Below are positions 8,077 to 17,828 of a stretch of DNA of 64,000 bases, piece by piece. Below the pieces are notes generated by a model, which was given only the letters and a program-made list of their open reading frames with translations, made no database searches and was not told the origin of the DNA. Source of the stretch: Thermoflexales bacterium (lineage in GTDB: Bacteria; Chloroflexota; Anaerolineae; Fen-1058); NCBI GenBank assembly GCA_034434835.1, contig DAOTXX010000152.1, positions 5,594 through 69,593 on the forward strand. Direction: 5' to 3'. How positions within the stretch are numbered: the first letter of the stretch is position 1; each line of letters starts with the position of its first letter. The translations under genes were made by a program, and so were the position numbers.

Positions 8077-9405
8077 ATGAGGGTCATGCGGACATTCTTG
8101 AAGCGTCTATGGATGTTTGCCAAGCTCGCCGTTATGCTGCTCAGCGTGAGCGCGCTGATCGTGCGGGAATACCCGTTGCCGGGCGAGTTTGTCCCGGCGG
8201 TCCATCGCCTGATCGGCAGCGAGATTTTTGACTTTGTCGGTTGGGAAGTTCAAACGCTCACGGCCAAGGGCGCGCAGATGCTCGTGCCGGCATCCAACTA
8301 TCTCGACGAGGCGCGCCGCAAGTCCCTCGTCCTTGATTACATGGACCTAGTGCAGCGCATTGAATTCCTCCAGAATGAGATTGACGGCATCTACGCTGAT
8401 CCCCAGATCACCGATCCGGCGGCCGCCTCCGCCCATCCACGCCAAGAGCTGGCGCGACTGCGCGCGCAGCAAGTCGCTCAACAGACCACCGTCGAAACAA
8501 TCATCGAAGAAAAAGTTTCAATCATCCTCAGCGAGCAAGGCTTTGCCGTCGGCGGGCAGGTGATCCCGCCGCTCAAGTTTCGGCTCACGCCGCTGCCGCA
8601 AATGCTCATCGTCTCGCCGCGCGACCAGATTTATCAGAAGGAAGCCTTTCCGCTCGAAGCAAGCCTCACGACCGACCGCGCCGAAGAGCTCGAGGCTGAG
8701 ATAGATCGGCGTTTTGATGTTTCGTCGCTCGTCGTGTTCATCGGTGGATTGGGATTCTATCCGACGATGCTATTGGAAAGCACGTCATTACCCTGGACGC
8801 TTGAGGTGGCCGCGCACGAGTGGACGCATAACTGGCTGGAATTTCGCCCGCTGGGCATGAACTATTCCAAATCGCCCCAGACGCGCACGATGAACGAGAC
8901 GACGGCCAACATTGTGGGCCAAGAGATCGGCGAAATGACCCTGCACAAGTTTTTCCCTGAGCTGGCGCCACCGCCGCCCCCCACCCCACCCCCCGGCCCC
9001 ACTCCAACCCCGGCCCCGACGCCCACGCGCGATCCGAACCGCTTTGACTTTCGGGCCGAGATGCGCACCACACGCGTGGAGGTAGATCGTCTGCTGGCCG
9101 AAGCGCGCCAGGCCAAAGAAGCGGGAGACCCAACCACGGCGGCTGCGCGGATCAACGAAGCCGAAGAGTACATGCGTCAGCGGCGCAGGTTCTTTGCCGA
9201 GCATGGCTATTCGATCCGCAAGCTGAATCAGGCGTACTTTGCCTTTCACGGCGCTTATGCGGATCAAGTCGGCGCGGCCGGCGAAGACCCGGTCGGCCCG
9301 GCGGTCAAGCGCCTACGCGATCGCAGCCCGTCGCTCAAGGCATTCCTAGATACGATTGCTTCCATGACCACGTTTGAGGAACTCGAGCGGGCGTTGGGAG
9401 AATAG
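8077..9405 (+). CDS. Membrane-anchored hypothetical protein with an HExxH motif (putative zinc peptidase)
   Basis: N-terminal TM helix; AAHEWTH followed by MNETTA; PT-rich linker. Confidence 0.8.
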   Translation: MRVMRTFLKRLWMFAKLAVMLLSVSALIVREYPLPGEFVPAVHRLIGSEIFDFVGWEVQTLTAKGAQMLVPASNYLDEARRKSLVLDYMDLVQRIEFLQNEIDGIYADPQITDPAAASAHPRQELARLRAQQVAQQTTVETIIEEKVSIILSEQGFAVGGQVIPPLKFRLTPLPQMLIVSPRDQIYQKEAFPLEASLTTDRAEELEAEIDRRFDVSSLVVFIGGLGFYPTMLLESTSLPWTLEVAAHEWTHNWLEFRPLGMNYSKSPQTRTMNETTANIVGQEIGEMTLHKFFPELAPPPPPTPPPGPTPTPAPTPTRDPNRFDFRAEMRTTRVEVDRLLAEARQAKEAGDPTTAAARINEAEEYMRQRRRFFAEHGYSIRKLNQAYFAFHGAYADQVGAAGEDPVGPAVKRLRDRSPSLKAFLDTIASMTTFEELERALGE

Positions 9406-9479
9406 GGATCAGTGAGCAGTGACCAGTGATCAGTAAACAGGGATCGGTGAATAGTGATCGAGGATCAGCGGAGAGCAGC

Positions 9480-9683
9480 ATGTCGTCAGAGAATCCACAA
9501 CAAAACTCACCTGAAAAGCACCGGCTGACGTTGGTCATCGGAGGCATGGTGCTGGGGATGCTCGTCGCTTATCTGTTCGGCGCGCTCGGACGCGGGCCGG
9601 TCAAGCCACTCGATCTGATCTTTTGGGCCGTCGGCGGCGCGCTGCTCGGCCTGCTAGCTAGCCTGCCCCAGCCGCGCAGATAA
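9480..9683 (+). CDS. Small two-TM membrane protein
   Basis: GGAGAG RBS; two hydrophobic helices. Confidence 0.65.
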   Translation: MSSENPQQNSPEKHRLTLVIGGMVLGMLVAYLFGALGRGPVKPLDLIFWAVGGALLGLLASLPQPRR

Positions 9684-9721
9684 GAACGTGAAACGTCAAA
9701 CGTCATATTGCATTTGACGCC

Positions 9722-10828
9722 TCAGACCAGAAACTCGCCATTCTTGTAAAATGGCACACCATCCACGATGATCGCGCCGCCGTCGCGCATGTCGCAGATC
9801 ATGTCCCAGTGGATGGCGGACTTGTTCTGGCCGCCCGTATCGGGATAGGCCGCGCCCACCGCGCAGTGGATCGTCCCGCCCAATTTTTCGTCGAACAAAA
9901 GATTGCGCGTGAATTTCCGAATGCCATTGTTCGTGCCAATGGCAAACTCGCCCAGCCTCCGCGCGCCCTCGTCGGTGTCGAGCATCTGGAGCAGGAAATC
10001 CTCGCCCTTCTTGGCCGAGGCCTGGATCACGCGGCCTTGTTCAAACGTTAACCGGATGCCTTCAACCTCTCGGCCCTGGAAGATGGCCGGGTAGGTGAAT
10101 TCGATCCAGCCCTCCGTCACGTTTTCTTGCGGCCCGGTAAAGATTTCGCCATCGGGGAAATTCTTGGTGCCGTCGGCGTTGATGAACACGCGCCCTTCGA
10201 TGCCTACCGTCAGATCGCAATGCGGCCCGGTGACGCGCGCCGTCCTCTTGCCTCTCAGCCAGTCCACGAGTTTTTGCTGTCGAGCAGCGATCTCGCGCCA
10301 GCGCGCCACCGGATCGGGATCGTCCAGCAAACACGCGCCATAGACAAAGTCTTCGTACTCGCGCAGGCTCATTTCGGCATCCTGAGCGTAGGCTTCGGTG
10401 GGAAACAGCGTAATAGACCACCGCAGCTCGCCCGCGGCCTGACGACGCATAAAAATCTCTCGAAGCTCGGAGTGCGCCTGGGCAAAACGCGCCATCCGCG
10501 CGCCTTCGACGTTGGACATGGCTTTGGTGTTCGTGTCGCTCAAGATGCGGTACGAGACATCGAACGTCTCCATCACCATCTTTTGGACCGGCGAGACAAA
10601 GTCGAGCTGCGCTTCGTTGGCGAACGCGAAAAAGAGCTCTTCCGCGCCGGGCAGGCTGAGCAGCAAGAGCGGATGACCACCGTGCTGCAACACCTCACGA
10701 TAAATCGCCAGCAGCAAAGGTTGGGCCACCGGCGCTCCTTGAATGACCACCTGATCGCCTTCGCGCGTGGGGGCAGAATACTCGACCATCACGCGGGCCA
10801 GCTTTTCAATGCGAGGGTCCACCTTCAT
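9722..10828 (-). CDS. Aminopeptidase, M29 (AmpS/aminopeptidase T-like) family
   Basis: NFPDGEIFTGP, RRLGEFAIGTN, LLFDEKLGGTIHCAVG, SAIHWDMI. Confidence 0.93.
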   Translation of the reverse strand: MKVDPRIEKLARVMVEYSAPTREGDQVVIQGAPVAQPLLLAIYREVLQHGGHPLLLLSLPGAEELFFAFANEAQLDFVSPVQKMVMETFDVSYRILSDTNTKAMSNVEGARMARFAQAHSELREIFMRRQAAGELRWSITLFPTEAYAQDAEMSLREYEDFVYGACLLDDPDPVARWREIAARQQKLVDWLRGKRTARVTGPHCDLTVGIEGRVFINADGTKNFPDGEIFTGPQENVTEGWIEFTYPAIFQGREVEGIRLTFEQGRVIQASAKKGEDFLLQMLDTDEGARRLGEFAIGTNNGIRKFTRNLLFDEKLGGTIHCAVGAAYPDTGGQNKSAIHWDMICDMRDGGAIIVDGVPFYKNGEFLV

Positions 10829-10866
10829 TCTCCTTTGACGTATCACTTACGCATTATACCACACGG

Positions 10867-11006
10867 GTAACTGTTCAGCGGGAATCCGTCAACCTGTCTG
10901 CCGCCAGGCAGGCGAATCGCTGACAGAAAGGCGTGACCATCATTCGTTTGACATTCGTTGACAGGGACCCGCAAGCCTTTAGAAAAGGCATTGGCTGAAT
11001 AGTTAC
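10867..11006. mobile_element. MITE with TIR GTAACTGTTCAGC / GCTGAATAGTTAC and a near-perfect 8-bp target duplication
   Basis: Flanks CCACACGG / CCACGCGG; same TIR family as 51653-51795. Confidence 0.75.
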
Positions 11007-12211
11007 CCACGCGGTTCGTTCCCCGCTTGGCGAGTCTTGACTATCTTGAGAAACTCGCGCACGTCAGGCGCATCGGGGTTTAGCTCAAGCGCGGCGCGGA
11101 GCTGCTCCGTCGCGCGATCGTAGCGCCCCAGCGTGTAATATGCGTTGCCCAGCGCCACCCGGTAATCGTACCGCCTCGGATCAAGCTCAACTGCGCGTTG
11201 CAGATGTAAAATCGCTTTGGCCGTCTGGCCGATGCGGCGATAGTAGCGCCCCTGTGTATAATAATCCATAGACGACCTGGCAAAAGTATCCAACTCCAGT
11301 CGCTGACGAATGGTTATCCATTCAAAATCGCTGTGAGATTCCAACAGCCAAAAACCGATGAACAACGCAACGATCGCCCGTGCTGCTGCGACGATCAACG
11401 AAGACAGCCCCAACACCAGACCACTACCAGCCAGCGCAAGGTGAAATGCCGCGACAAACAAGGCGACGAGCAGCGTCGCTGGACGGCGCAGGAGCAAGAT
11501 CGCCGCGGCCACCAGCGACCAGGCCAGGGCGATCGCATCGGCTGTGATGAAGAAACGCACTGCCCGCAGCAATTCCGGCGTCGGCCAGCCAGATTGGAAC
11601 GCGGCGCCTGCAAGCACAGCGTTAATGCTCCCTATCACGACAGTCCCGCCGACCATCATCTGCAGGGCCGCGATCATCAGCAGCCCGTGGATCAAGTCAG
11701 CCGTGGCCTGAACGAGCCACGTCGTTGCGAGTAGCCCTACCCGCGCCGGGTCGGTCACCTTCGGAACATGAATCGTCAAAGGTTGCGCGCAAAGTGGACA
11801 ACGCGCGTCAGATTCTTTCACCGGTTGACCGCAGCGAGGGCAGCCGTCAGGTCCTGGCGCAAACTCATCACGCGCGGACGGCTCGGTCACGTGCTGGAAA
11901 GATGTGTAGGGATGCTCAGGCGGGACGCTGGACGATTCCGGTGTGCCCGCTGACGGGCCAGAGGCTTGTCTGTCCAACCATTCCAGGCCCGCCTTGGCTG
12001 CCGGGTTGTCCGGCTCAAGGGTCAGGACGTTTTCCAGCGCGACCCGCTTGTCGTCGAGGCTGCTCACGACACCGGCCAGCCACAGCCAGGCCTGCACGTT
12101 GCGCTCGTCGCGCTCGACCACGCGCAAGAGCAAATTGCGCGCTTCATGGTTCTGACCAGCTCTGGCTCTGGCGATCCCTTCCGCAAGCCATTGGCGAGTT
12201 TCGTCGTCCAT
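11003..12211 (-). CDS. TPR / zinc-ribbon / multi-TM / TPR membrane protein
   Basis: N-terminal QAWLWLAGV...ALENVLTLEPDN, CPRCG...CPLC, several hydrophobic helices, C-terminal TPRs (ALGNAYYTLGRY). Start uncertain between 12211 and 12244. Confidence 0.85.
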   Translation of the reverse strand: MDDETRQWLAEGIARARAGQNHEARNLLLRVVERDERNVQAWLWLAGVVSSLDDKRVALENVLTLEPDNPAAKAGLEWLDRQASGPSAGTPESSSVPPEHPYTSFQHVTEPSARDEFAPGPDGCPRCGQPVKESDARCPLCAQPLTIHVPKVTDPARVGLLATTWLVQATADLIHGLLMIAALQMMVGGTVVIGSINAVLAGAAFQSGWPTPELLRAVRFFITADAIALAWSLVAAAILLLRRPATLLVALFVAAFHLALAGSGLVLGLSSLIVAAARAIVALFIGFWLLESHSDFEWITIRQRLELDTFARSSMDYYTQGRYYRRIGQTAKAILHLQRAVELDPRRYDYRVALGNAYYTLGRYDRATEQLRAALELNPDAPDVREFLKIVKTRQAGNEPRG

Positions 12212-12316
12212 GCTTTCCCCGGCAGACATTGTAATCCAGAACACGTAAAACGTGAAACGTCAAACGTCGGGGGATGTCCGGGGGCCGCCTAGTTTTTGAC
12301 GTTTGACTCTTGACGT

Positions 12317-12345
12317 TTGACGGAATCCGTCTCCCATGCTATCAT
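12317..12345 (+). promoter_or_regulatory. Sigma70-type promoter upstream of rnj
   Basis: TTGACG-17 bp-TATCAT with extended TG; the -35 hexamer is part of a TTGACGT heptamer run. Confidence 0.7.
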
Positions 12346-12353
12346 CTCGCTGC

Positions 12354-12440
12354 ATGGCAGAATCATCCTATGTAGCGCTTTATCCAGAGATCGATCACCG
12401 CCAGGCGCGTGTTTGGCTATGGCGGTTTTTTGTTGGTTGA
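12354..12440 (+). CDS. Putative 28-aa leader peptide MAESSYVALYPEIDHRQARVWLWRFFVG
   Basis: ATG 8 nt after the -10 box (near-leaderless); the ORF overlaps a terminator. Confidence 0.45.
   Translation: MAESSYVALYPEIDHRQARVWLWRFFVG
12397..12434 (+). terminator. Intrinsic terminator / attenuator in the rnj leader
   Basis: ACCGCCA...TGGCGGT followed by TTTTTGTT. Confidence 0.65.
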
Positions 12441-12469
12441 CAGACCAGCTTCAGGAGTATTGAAGACAC

Positions 12470-12694
12470 GGGTATTTCCCACATAGTGTGGTAGACCCCA
12501 CAATCTGTCACACCTGCCCTGGCGGGCGGTGCCAGGGTTGCGAGCCGCCGAACCCCCTGGTGGGGGCAGGTGCGGCGAAGCCATCTCATTTTCCCTACCC
12601 GGAGATTGCTTCGGAAGCCCGCCACGCTTTGCTCGTGGCTTAAGCTGCGCGCCCTCGCAATGACAGCGCGACTCACGTCAAGTGGGAAATGCTC
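12470..12694. mobile_element. MITE (TIR GGGTATTTCCC / GGGAAATGCTC) carrying an interrupted GTCATTGCGAG-type palindrome
   Basis: Flanks GAAGACAC / GAAAACAC (7/8 match); interior ends GAGATTGCTTCG...CTCGCAATGAC. Confidence 0.65.
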
Positions 12695-12720
12695 GAAAAC
12701 ACGCTCTCAACGAGGCACAC

Positions 12721-14370
12721 ATGGCAGAACGCTTACGCATCATCCCGCTCGGCGGCAATGGCGAAGTCGGCAAGAACATGCTGGCAGTCGAGTATGGCCC
12801 AGACATTCTCATCATTGACGCCGGCATCATGTTCCCTGAAAACGACATGCTGGGGATTGACTTTATCATCCCCGACTGGCAGTATCTCCGCGACGCGCAG
12901 CGGGCGGCGCACGTGCGCGGGATCATCATCACGCACGGCCACGAGGACCACACCGGCGCGCTGCCCTATCTGTTGCGCGAGATCAACGCGCCGGTCTATA
13001 CGACCCGTCTGACGCGCGGCCTGATCGAACTCAAGCTCAAAACCCACAAACTGCTCGATCAGACCACGCTCCACACGATCAAAGCGGGCGACACGGTTCA
13101 GATCGGCCCGTTCCAGTTGGAATTCTTTCGCGTCTGCCACAGTATCCCCGATGCCGTCGGCCTGGGCATCACCACACCAGCCGGGCTGATCGTCCACACG
13201 GGCGATTTCAAGTTCGACCACACCCCGGTAGACGGGAAGCCAACCGACTTTGCCAAGCTGGCCGAGTTGGGCGGTCGAGGCGTACTGGCGCTGCTGTCCG
13301 ATAGCACCAACGCCGAGCAGCCCGGCACGACGCCTTCAGAGCGCGTCGTCGAAGCTGCGTTCGATCAGGTTTTCCGCGACGCCAAGGGGCGCATCATCGT
13401 CGCGACGTTTGCTTCGCTCATCAGCCGCATCCAGCAGGTGGCCCACGTCGCCCAACGCTATCATCGCAAGCTGGTCATCACCGGTCACAGCATGAGCGAA
13501 AATGTTCGCATCGCGCAAAAGCTCGGCTACATTGACCTGCCTAATGATCTGCTGGTCAAGGTCGAGGAGGCCGGGCGATTGATGCCGAACGAGACGGTGC
13601 TGATGGTGACGGGCGCGCAGGGGGAGCCGAGCTCGGTGCTGGCGCGCATGTCTACCGGGCAGCACCGCCAGGTCGGCGTGCAGAAAGGCGATACCGTCAT
13701 CGTCTCGGCGCACGCCATCCCCGGTAACGAAGAGATGGTCCACCGCACGATCAACCGGCTGCTCAAGCGCGGCGCCGAGGTGCTTTACGATCCCATCGCG
13801 CCGGTGCACGTCTCCGGCCATGCCAGCCAGGAAGAGCACAAGCTGATGCTCAATCTGGTGCGCCCACAGTATTTCATCCCGATCCACGGCGAGCTGCGCC
13901 AGCTCAAGGCGCACGCCAGACTGGCCCAGCAGTTGGGCATTCCGCCGCAAAACACCTTTGTCGTCGAAAACGGCTATGTGATCGAGTTCGACGAAGGCGA
14001 GGGGCGTATCAGCGAGCGTGTGCCGGGCGGCTATGTCTATGTGGACGGCTCGACGGTGGGCGACATTTCACCGGATGTCTTGCGCGAGCGCGAAGTCCTC
14101 AGCCGCGATGGCTTTGTCGTTGCTATCGTCCAGCGGGATAGCGAGACGGGCCAGGTGCAGGGGCGCCCCGAGATCATCACGCGCGGATTCGTCGTCGAGC
14201 ACGAGGCCGAAGATCTGATCATCGGCGCGGAAGAAGCCGTGCTGGCGACGGTGCTCAGCAATGGGGTCAACGCGCAGGACCTGCGCGACAAAGTCAAAAG
14301 CGTGCTGACGGATTATCTCTATCGCGAGACCAAGCGCAGGCCGATGGTGATCCCGGTCGTTTTGGAGTGA
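12721..14370 (+). CDS. rnj: Ribonuclease J
   Basis: IIPLGGNGEVGKNM, THGHEDHTG, CHSIPD, HTGDFKFD, GAQGEP, HVSGHASQEE, IPIHGE, KRRPMVIPVV. Confidence 0.97.
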   Translation: MAERLRIIPLGGNGEVGKNMLAVEYGPDILIIDAGIMFPENDMLGIDFIIPDWQYLRDAQRAAHVRGIIITHGHEDHTGALPYLLREINAPVYTTRLTRGLIELKLKTHKLLDQTTLHTIKAGDTVQIGPFQLEFFRVCHSIPDAVGLGITTPAGLIVHTGDFKFDHTPVDGKPTDFAKLAELGGRGVLALLSDSTNAEQPGTTPSERVVEAAFDQVFRDAKGRIIVATFASLISRIQQVAHVAQRYHRKLVITGHSMSENVRIAQKLGYIDLPNDLLVKVEEAGRLMPNETVLMVTGAQGEPSSVLARMSTGQHRQVGVQKGDTVIVSAHAIPGNEEMVHRTINRLLKRGAEVLYDPIAPVHVSGHASQEEHKLMLNLVRPQYFIPIHGELRQLKAHARLAQQLGIPPQNTFVVENGYVIEFDEGEGRISERVPGGYVYVDGSTVGDISPDVLREREVLSRDGFVVAIVQRDSETGQVQGRPEIITRGFVVEHEAEDLIIGAEEAVLATVLSNGVNAQDLRDKVKSVLTDYLYRETKRRPMVIPVVLE

Positions 14371-14392
14371 TTGGGCCTCCGAGCACGGTCCA

Positions 14393-14935
14393 TCACGCGG
14401 CCGGGACGTATCCCAGCTCTTCCAGCCTGGCCAGCACCTTGGCCGCACTTTGCTGCGGCGTCTCACGTCCGTCGGTATGGCAGACGACCTCGGGGTTTGG
14501 CGGCGGCTCGTAGGGGTCCGAGACGCCCGTGAAATTTTTGATCTCGCCGTTGAGCGCCTTTTGGTATAGCCCCTTGACGTCGCGCTCGGCCAGCTTTTCA
14601 ATCGAACATTCGACGTATACTTCCACAAACCGCCCGATCTTGTTCCGAATCTCGTCGCGGATTTCGCGATAAGGCGAGATCGCCGCGCCGATAGCGACCA
14701 CACCGTTGCGGCTGAGCACTTCGCACACCCAGCCGATGCGGCGGATGTTGGTGTCGCGATCCTCTTTCGAAAAACCCAAGCCCTTGCTCAGGTGCGTCCG
14801 CACCACATCGCCGTCGAGCACTTCGACGCGCAGACCTCGTCGGCGCAATTCGTCAGCCACCAGTTGGCTGATGGTGGATTTCCCCGCGCCCGAAAGTCCG
14901 GTAAACCAAATCGTGAATCCGGTTTGGCAGCACAT
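14393..14935 (-). CDS. cysC: Adenylyl-sulfate kinase
   Basis: [13 protein letters not shown]-loop, [44 protein letters not shown]. Confidence 0.96.
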   Translation of the reverse strand: MCCQTGFTIWFTGLSGAGKSTISQLVADELRRRGLRVEVLDGDVVRTHLSKGLGFSKEDRDTNIRRIGWVCEVLSRNGVVAIGAAISPYREIRDEIRNKIGRFVEVYVECSIEKLAERDVKGLYQKALNGEIKNFTGVSDPYEPPPNPEVVCHTDGRETPQQSAAKVLARLEELGYVPAA

Positions 14936-15026
14936 GGTTTGTTTGTGTTCTCTCCGAGTGTTTGAATGACACGTAAAACGTGATACGTGAAGCGTCAAGG
15001 TTCACTTGTCACGTTTCACGGAAGAA

Positions 15027-17654
15027 TCAGCTTACCCTGATGACATTCCCGTTCATGTCACGCGGCACGGGCAGACCCATCACATCCAACACCGTCGGCG
15101 CCATGTCCATGATGTGCGCCGCGAGCCGCTTGCCGCCGGCTGCATGAGCCGGGTCGTACAGGATGTACATGCCCTGCTGCGCGTGATTGGCGTCGTCCGG
15201 GCCGGTGTCGTTTTCGAACGTGTACACATCGCCCAGGCCCAGGCTGCCCACCGCGCGCCAATCGAGATTACCAAAGTACACCACCAGATCGGGCGGGATG
15301 CCTTTGACCTCCCGGTAAATCTCTTCTGGCTTGAACGCCACCGTGCCGATGCTCCGCCCGTTCGGCGCGGGGATGGATTCGAGCGCGCGGGCCAGTTCAT
15401 CGCGCACCCGCCCGTAATCGGCCTGTGGGATGATGCCTTGCGGCTCGCGGCCCTGCACGTTGAGGAACACGCGGCCATAATAGCCGCCGCTGCCCCACGC
15501 GCGCGTCCGGCTCCAATCCACTTCGACCTTCTCGAACGGCGTAAGCGTCTTGGGCGACTCGCTCTTGAGCACGAGCCAGCCGTTGCGGATGAGCCACTCG
15601 TTGACCGCGATGCCGCCGTGCATGGTCTTGGCCCCATGATCAGAAACGACCAGCACCACTGTCTCCTGGGGGACCAGCGACAGTACCTCGCCGATGTAGC
15701 GATCGAGCTGCTTGTAATAATCGCGGATCGAATCTTGCCACTTGTTGCCTGGCTCATATTTGGGGTGGGCCGGGTCGGTATACTTCCACATGCCGTGATG
15801 GATGCGGTCCACGCCCATCTCGACGAACATGAAAAAGTCCCACGGCTTTTCCTGCAGCAGCTTTTTGACGACGACGAAATGCTGGTCGGTCATGTCGTAA
15901 ATCTGCTTGAGCAGGAAATCCTTGTCCTCGGTGCGGAATTGCGGCACGTCCACTTGATACTCGCCTACCCACGCGGCGATCTGATCCTTCAGCTCAGGCG
16001 GGTAGGTGTACTGTGTCTTGGTTGTGTTGGGCGTGAGAAAGCAGCCGACCATCGCACCATTGACGGGCCTGGGCGGATACGTGCCCGGCACGCCGACGAC
16101 GACCACCTGTTTGCCTGCGCGCGAGAGAATGTCCCACACGCGATCGGCCTTGACCGCCGAGCCGGTAGCGATTGTCATCTTGTCGTACGAATAATCGGCG
16201 CGGTTGCGAAAGCCATAGATGCCCAACTGGCCCGGGTCGCGGCTCGACATCATCACGCTCCACGCCGGGACGGTGATCGCCGGGATGCAGGATTCGAGAT
16301 CCCCATACACGCCGCCGGACATCAAGCGGTTGAGGTTCGGCAGTTCCCCACGCCAGCGATCAAACACGAGCGACGGCTCCGCGCAGTCCAATCCAATGAC
16401 CAATACCTTGCGTCCGCCCCACACAGGCTTGGCCGCCCTGTCCGCTTGCGCGTGTCTACTCTCCACTGGTCTACTCGTTTCCTCTGTCCGCCTGGCCCTC
16501 ATTCCTTCGACCAACACGCGATACACTTCCGGTCGAGTGAATTCGGGCGGGATGGATTCGCCAGTCTCTAGTCGGCGGCGCACTTCGGTGCCGGAGAAAA
16601 TCACGTGGTCTTGCTCGCCGTGCGGGCAGGTCTTGGCCGAGACGATGCCGCCGCACTTTTTGCAGTAGAACGTGTTCTCGAACAGCAGTGGTGTGATGCC
16701 GATCTCGTCCGGCTCGAACTCGTCAAAGATTTTTTGCGCGTCGTACGTGCCGTAATACTTGCCGACGCCGGCATGATCGCGTCCGACGATAAAATGTGTA
16801 CAGCCATAGTTCTTACGGCACAGCGCGTGAAAGATCGCTTCGCGCGGCCCGGCGTAACGCATCGCCGCCGGAAACACGCCAAGCAGCACGCGGTCGGGCG
16901 GGTAATAGTCGCGCAGAATCGCCTGATACGAAGCCATGCGCACATCGGCGGGGATGTCGCTGGGCTGCGTCTCGCCCACGAGCGGATGAAGCAACAGGCC
17001 ATCCACGATCTCGAGCGCAGTCTTTTGGATGTACTCGTGCGAGCGATGGATCGGGTTGCGCGTCTGGAAGGCGACGATGGTCTTCCACCCACGCCGGTCA
17101 AACATGCGGCGCGTCTCGAGCGGCGTGTGGCGAAACTCGATAAACTCGCGATGGGCGGGCATGTCCACCAACCACACCGGGCCGCCGAGCAATACGTCGC
17201 CCTGTCGGTAAAGCCGCGCCACGCCGGGATGTTTGTCATCTTCCGTGCGATAGACCTCGCGGGCTTCGCGCCGCTTGTCGTAGGTGAACTTGTCCTGCAC
17301 CGTCATCAGGGCCAGGACGTGACCCTCGCCCTCGACCAGCGCGACCTCCTGACCCTCGCGGAGGCGGGCCGCCAACTCGGTCGAAACCGGCAGCGTGACC
17401 GGAATGCTCCATACCGTCCCGCTGGCCAGTCGCATCTCGGAGACGACGCCCTCGTAATCGGCGCGGGTCATAAAGCCGGTCAGCGGCGACATGGCGCCGA
17501 CGGCGATCATTTCCAGATCGGCCAGCGACATGGGGCCAAGCGTAATTTGCGGGAGGTGCTGCGCTTTCCTCCTAGCCTCCTCCCGCTGTTCCTCTGGCAA
17601 TCGCCGGTCAACCAGCTCCCCCCCATGGGGCGCGATACTTCCAAGTTGTTCCAC
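15027..17654 (-). CDS. sat: Sulfate adenylyltransferase fused to an alkaline-phosphatase-superfamily (phosphodiesterase/nucleotide pyrophosphatase-like) domain
   Basis: Sat motifs AFQTRNPIHRSHEY, MRYAGPREA, IVGRDHAGVG. C-terminal domain VIGLDCA, IPAITVPAW, DRIHH, VSDHG, HAQQG. GTG start inferred from the RBS; the ORF track starts at 17672. Confidence 0.92.
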   Translation of the reverse strand: MEQLGSIAPHGGELVDRRLPEEQREEARRKAQHLPQITLGPMSLADLEMIAVGAMSPLTGFMTRADYEGVVSEMRLASGTVWSIPVTLPVSTELAARLREGQEVALVEGEGHVLALMTVQDKFTYDKRREAREVYRTEDDKHPGVARLYRQGDVLLGGPVWLVDMPAHREFIEFRHTPLETRRMFDRRGWKTIVAFQTRNPIHRSHEYIQKTALEIVDGLLLHPLVGETQPSDIPADVRMASYQAILRDYYPPDRVLLGVFPAAMRYAGPREAIFHALCRKNYGCTHFIVGRDHAGVGKYYGTYDAQKIFDEFEPDEIGITPLLFENTFYCKKCGGIVSAKTCPHGEQDHVIFSGTEVRRRLETGESIPPEFTRPEVYRVLVEGMRARRTEETSRPVESRHAQADRAAKPVWGGRKVLVIGLDCAEPSLVFDRWRGELPNLNRLMSGGVYGDLESCIPAITVPAWSVMMSSRDPGQLGIYGFRNRADYSYDKMTIATGSAVKADRVWDILSRAGKQVVVVGVPGTYPPRPVNGAMVGCFLTPNTTKTQYTYPPELKDQIAAWVGEYQVDVPQFRTEDKDFLLKQIYDMTDQHFVVVKKLLQEKPWDFFMFVEMGVDRIHHGMWKYTDPAHPKYEPGNKWQDSIRDYYKQLDRYIGEVLSLVPQETVVLVVSDHGAKTMHGGIAVNEWLIRNGWLVLKSESPKTLTPFEKVEVDWSRTRAWGSGGYYGRVFLNVQGREPQGIIPQADYGRVRDELARALESIPAPNGRSIGTVAFKPEEIYREVKGIPPDLVVYFGNLDWRAVGSLGLGDVYTFENDTGPDDANHAQQGMYILYDPAHAAGGKRLAAHIMDMAPTVLDVMGLPVPRDMNGNVIRVS

Positions 17655-17686
17655 TGGATACTCCCAGATCAAGAATGATGATGCGG

Positions 17687-17715
17687 ATTGTAACAGAATG
17701 AAAAAAACTCGTCAA
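17687..17715 (-). promoter_or_regulatory. Sigma70-type promoter of sat-cysC
   Basis: TTGACG-17 bp-TACAAT on the minus strand. Confidence 0.7.
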
Positions 17716-17828
17716 GCAATCCTGTCTCCGAGTGGCGAAATCAACCCAACCTGCGAGAGGCCAAGAGCCTATCCAAATAACAGGCAGAGCGGGCTCCCAT
17801 GCCCGGCTTCTCCCCCTGCGAAGCGGGG

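Noticed and set aside
15006-16571. Long antisense ORFs (also 28492-29982, 30184-31680, 36735-38111, 42105-43898)
   Set aside because: These are shadow frames of well-supported genes in GC-rich DNA, with no recognisable motifs.
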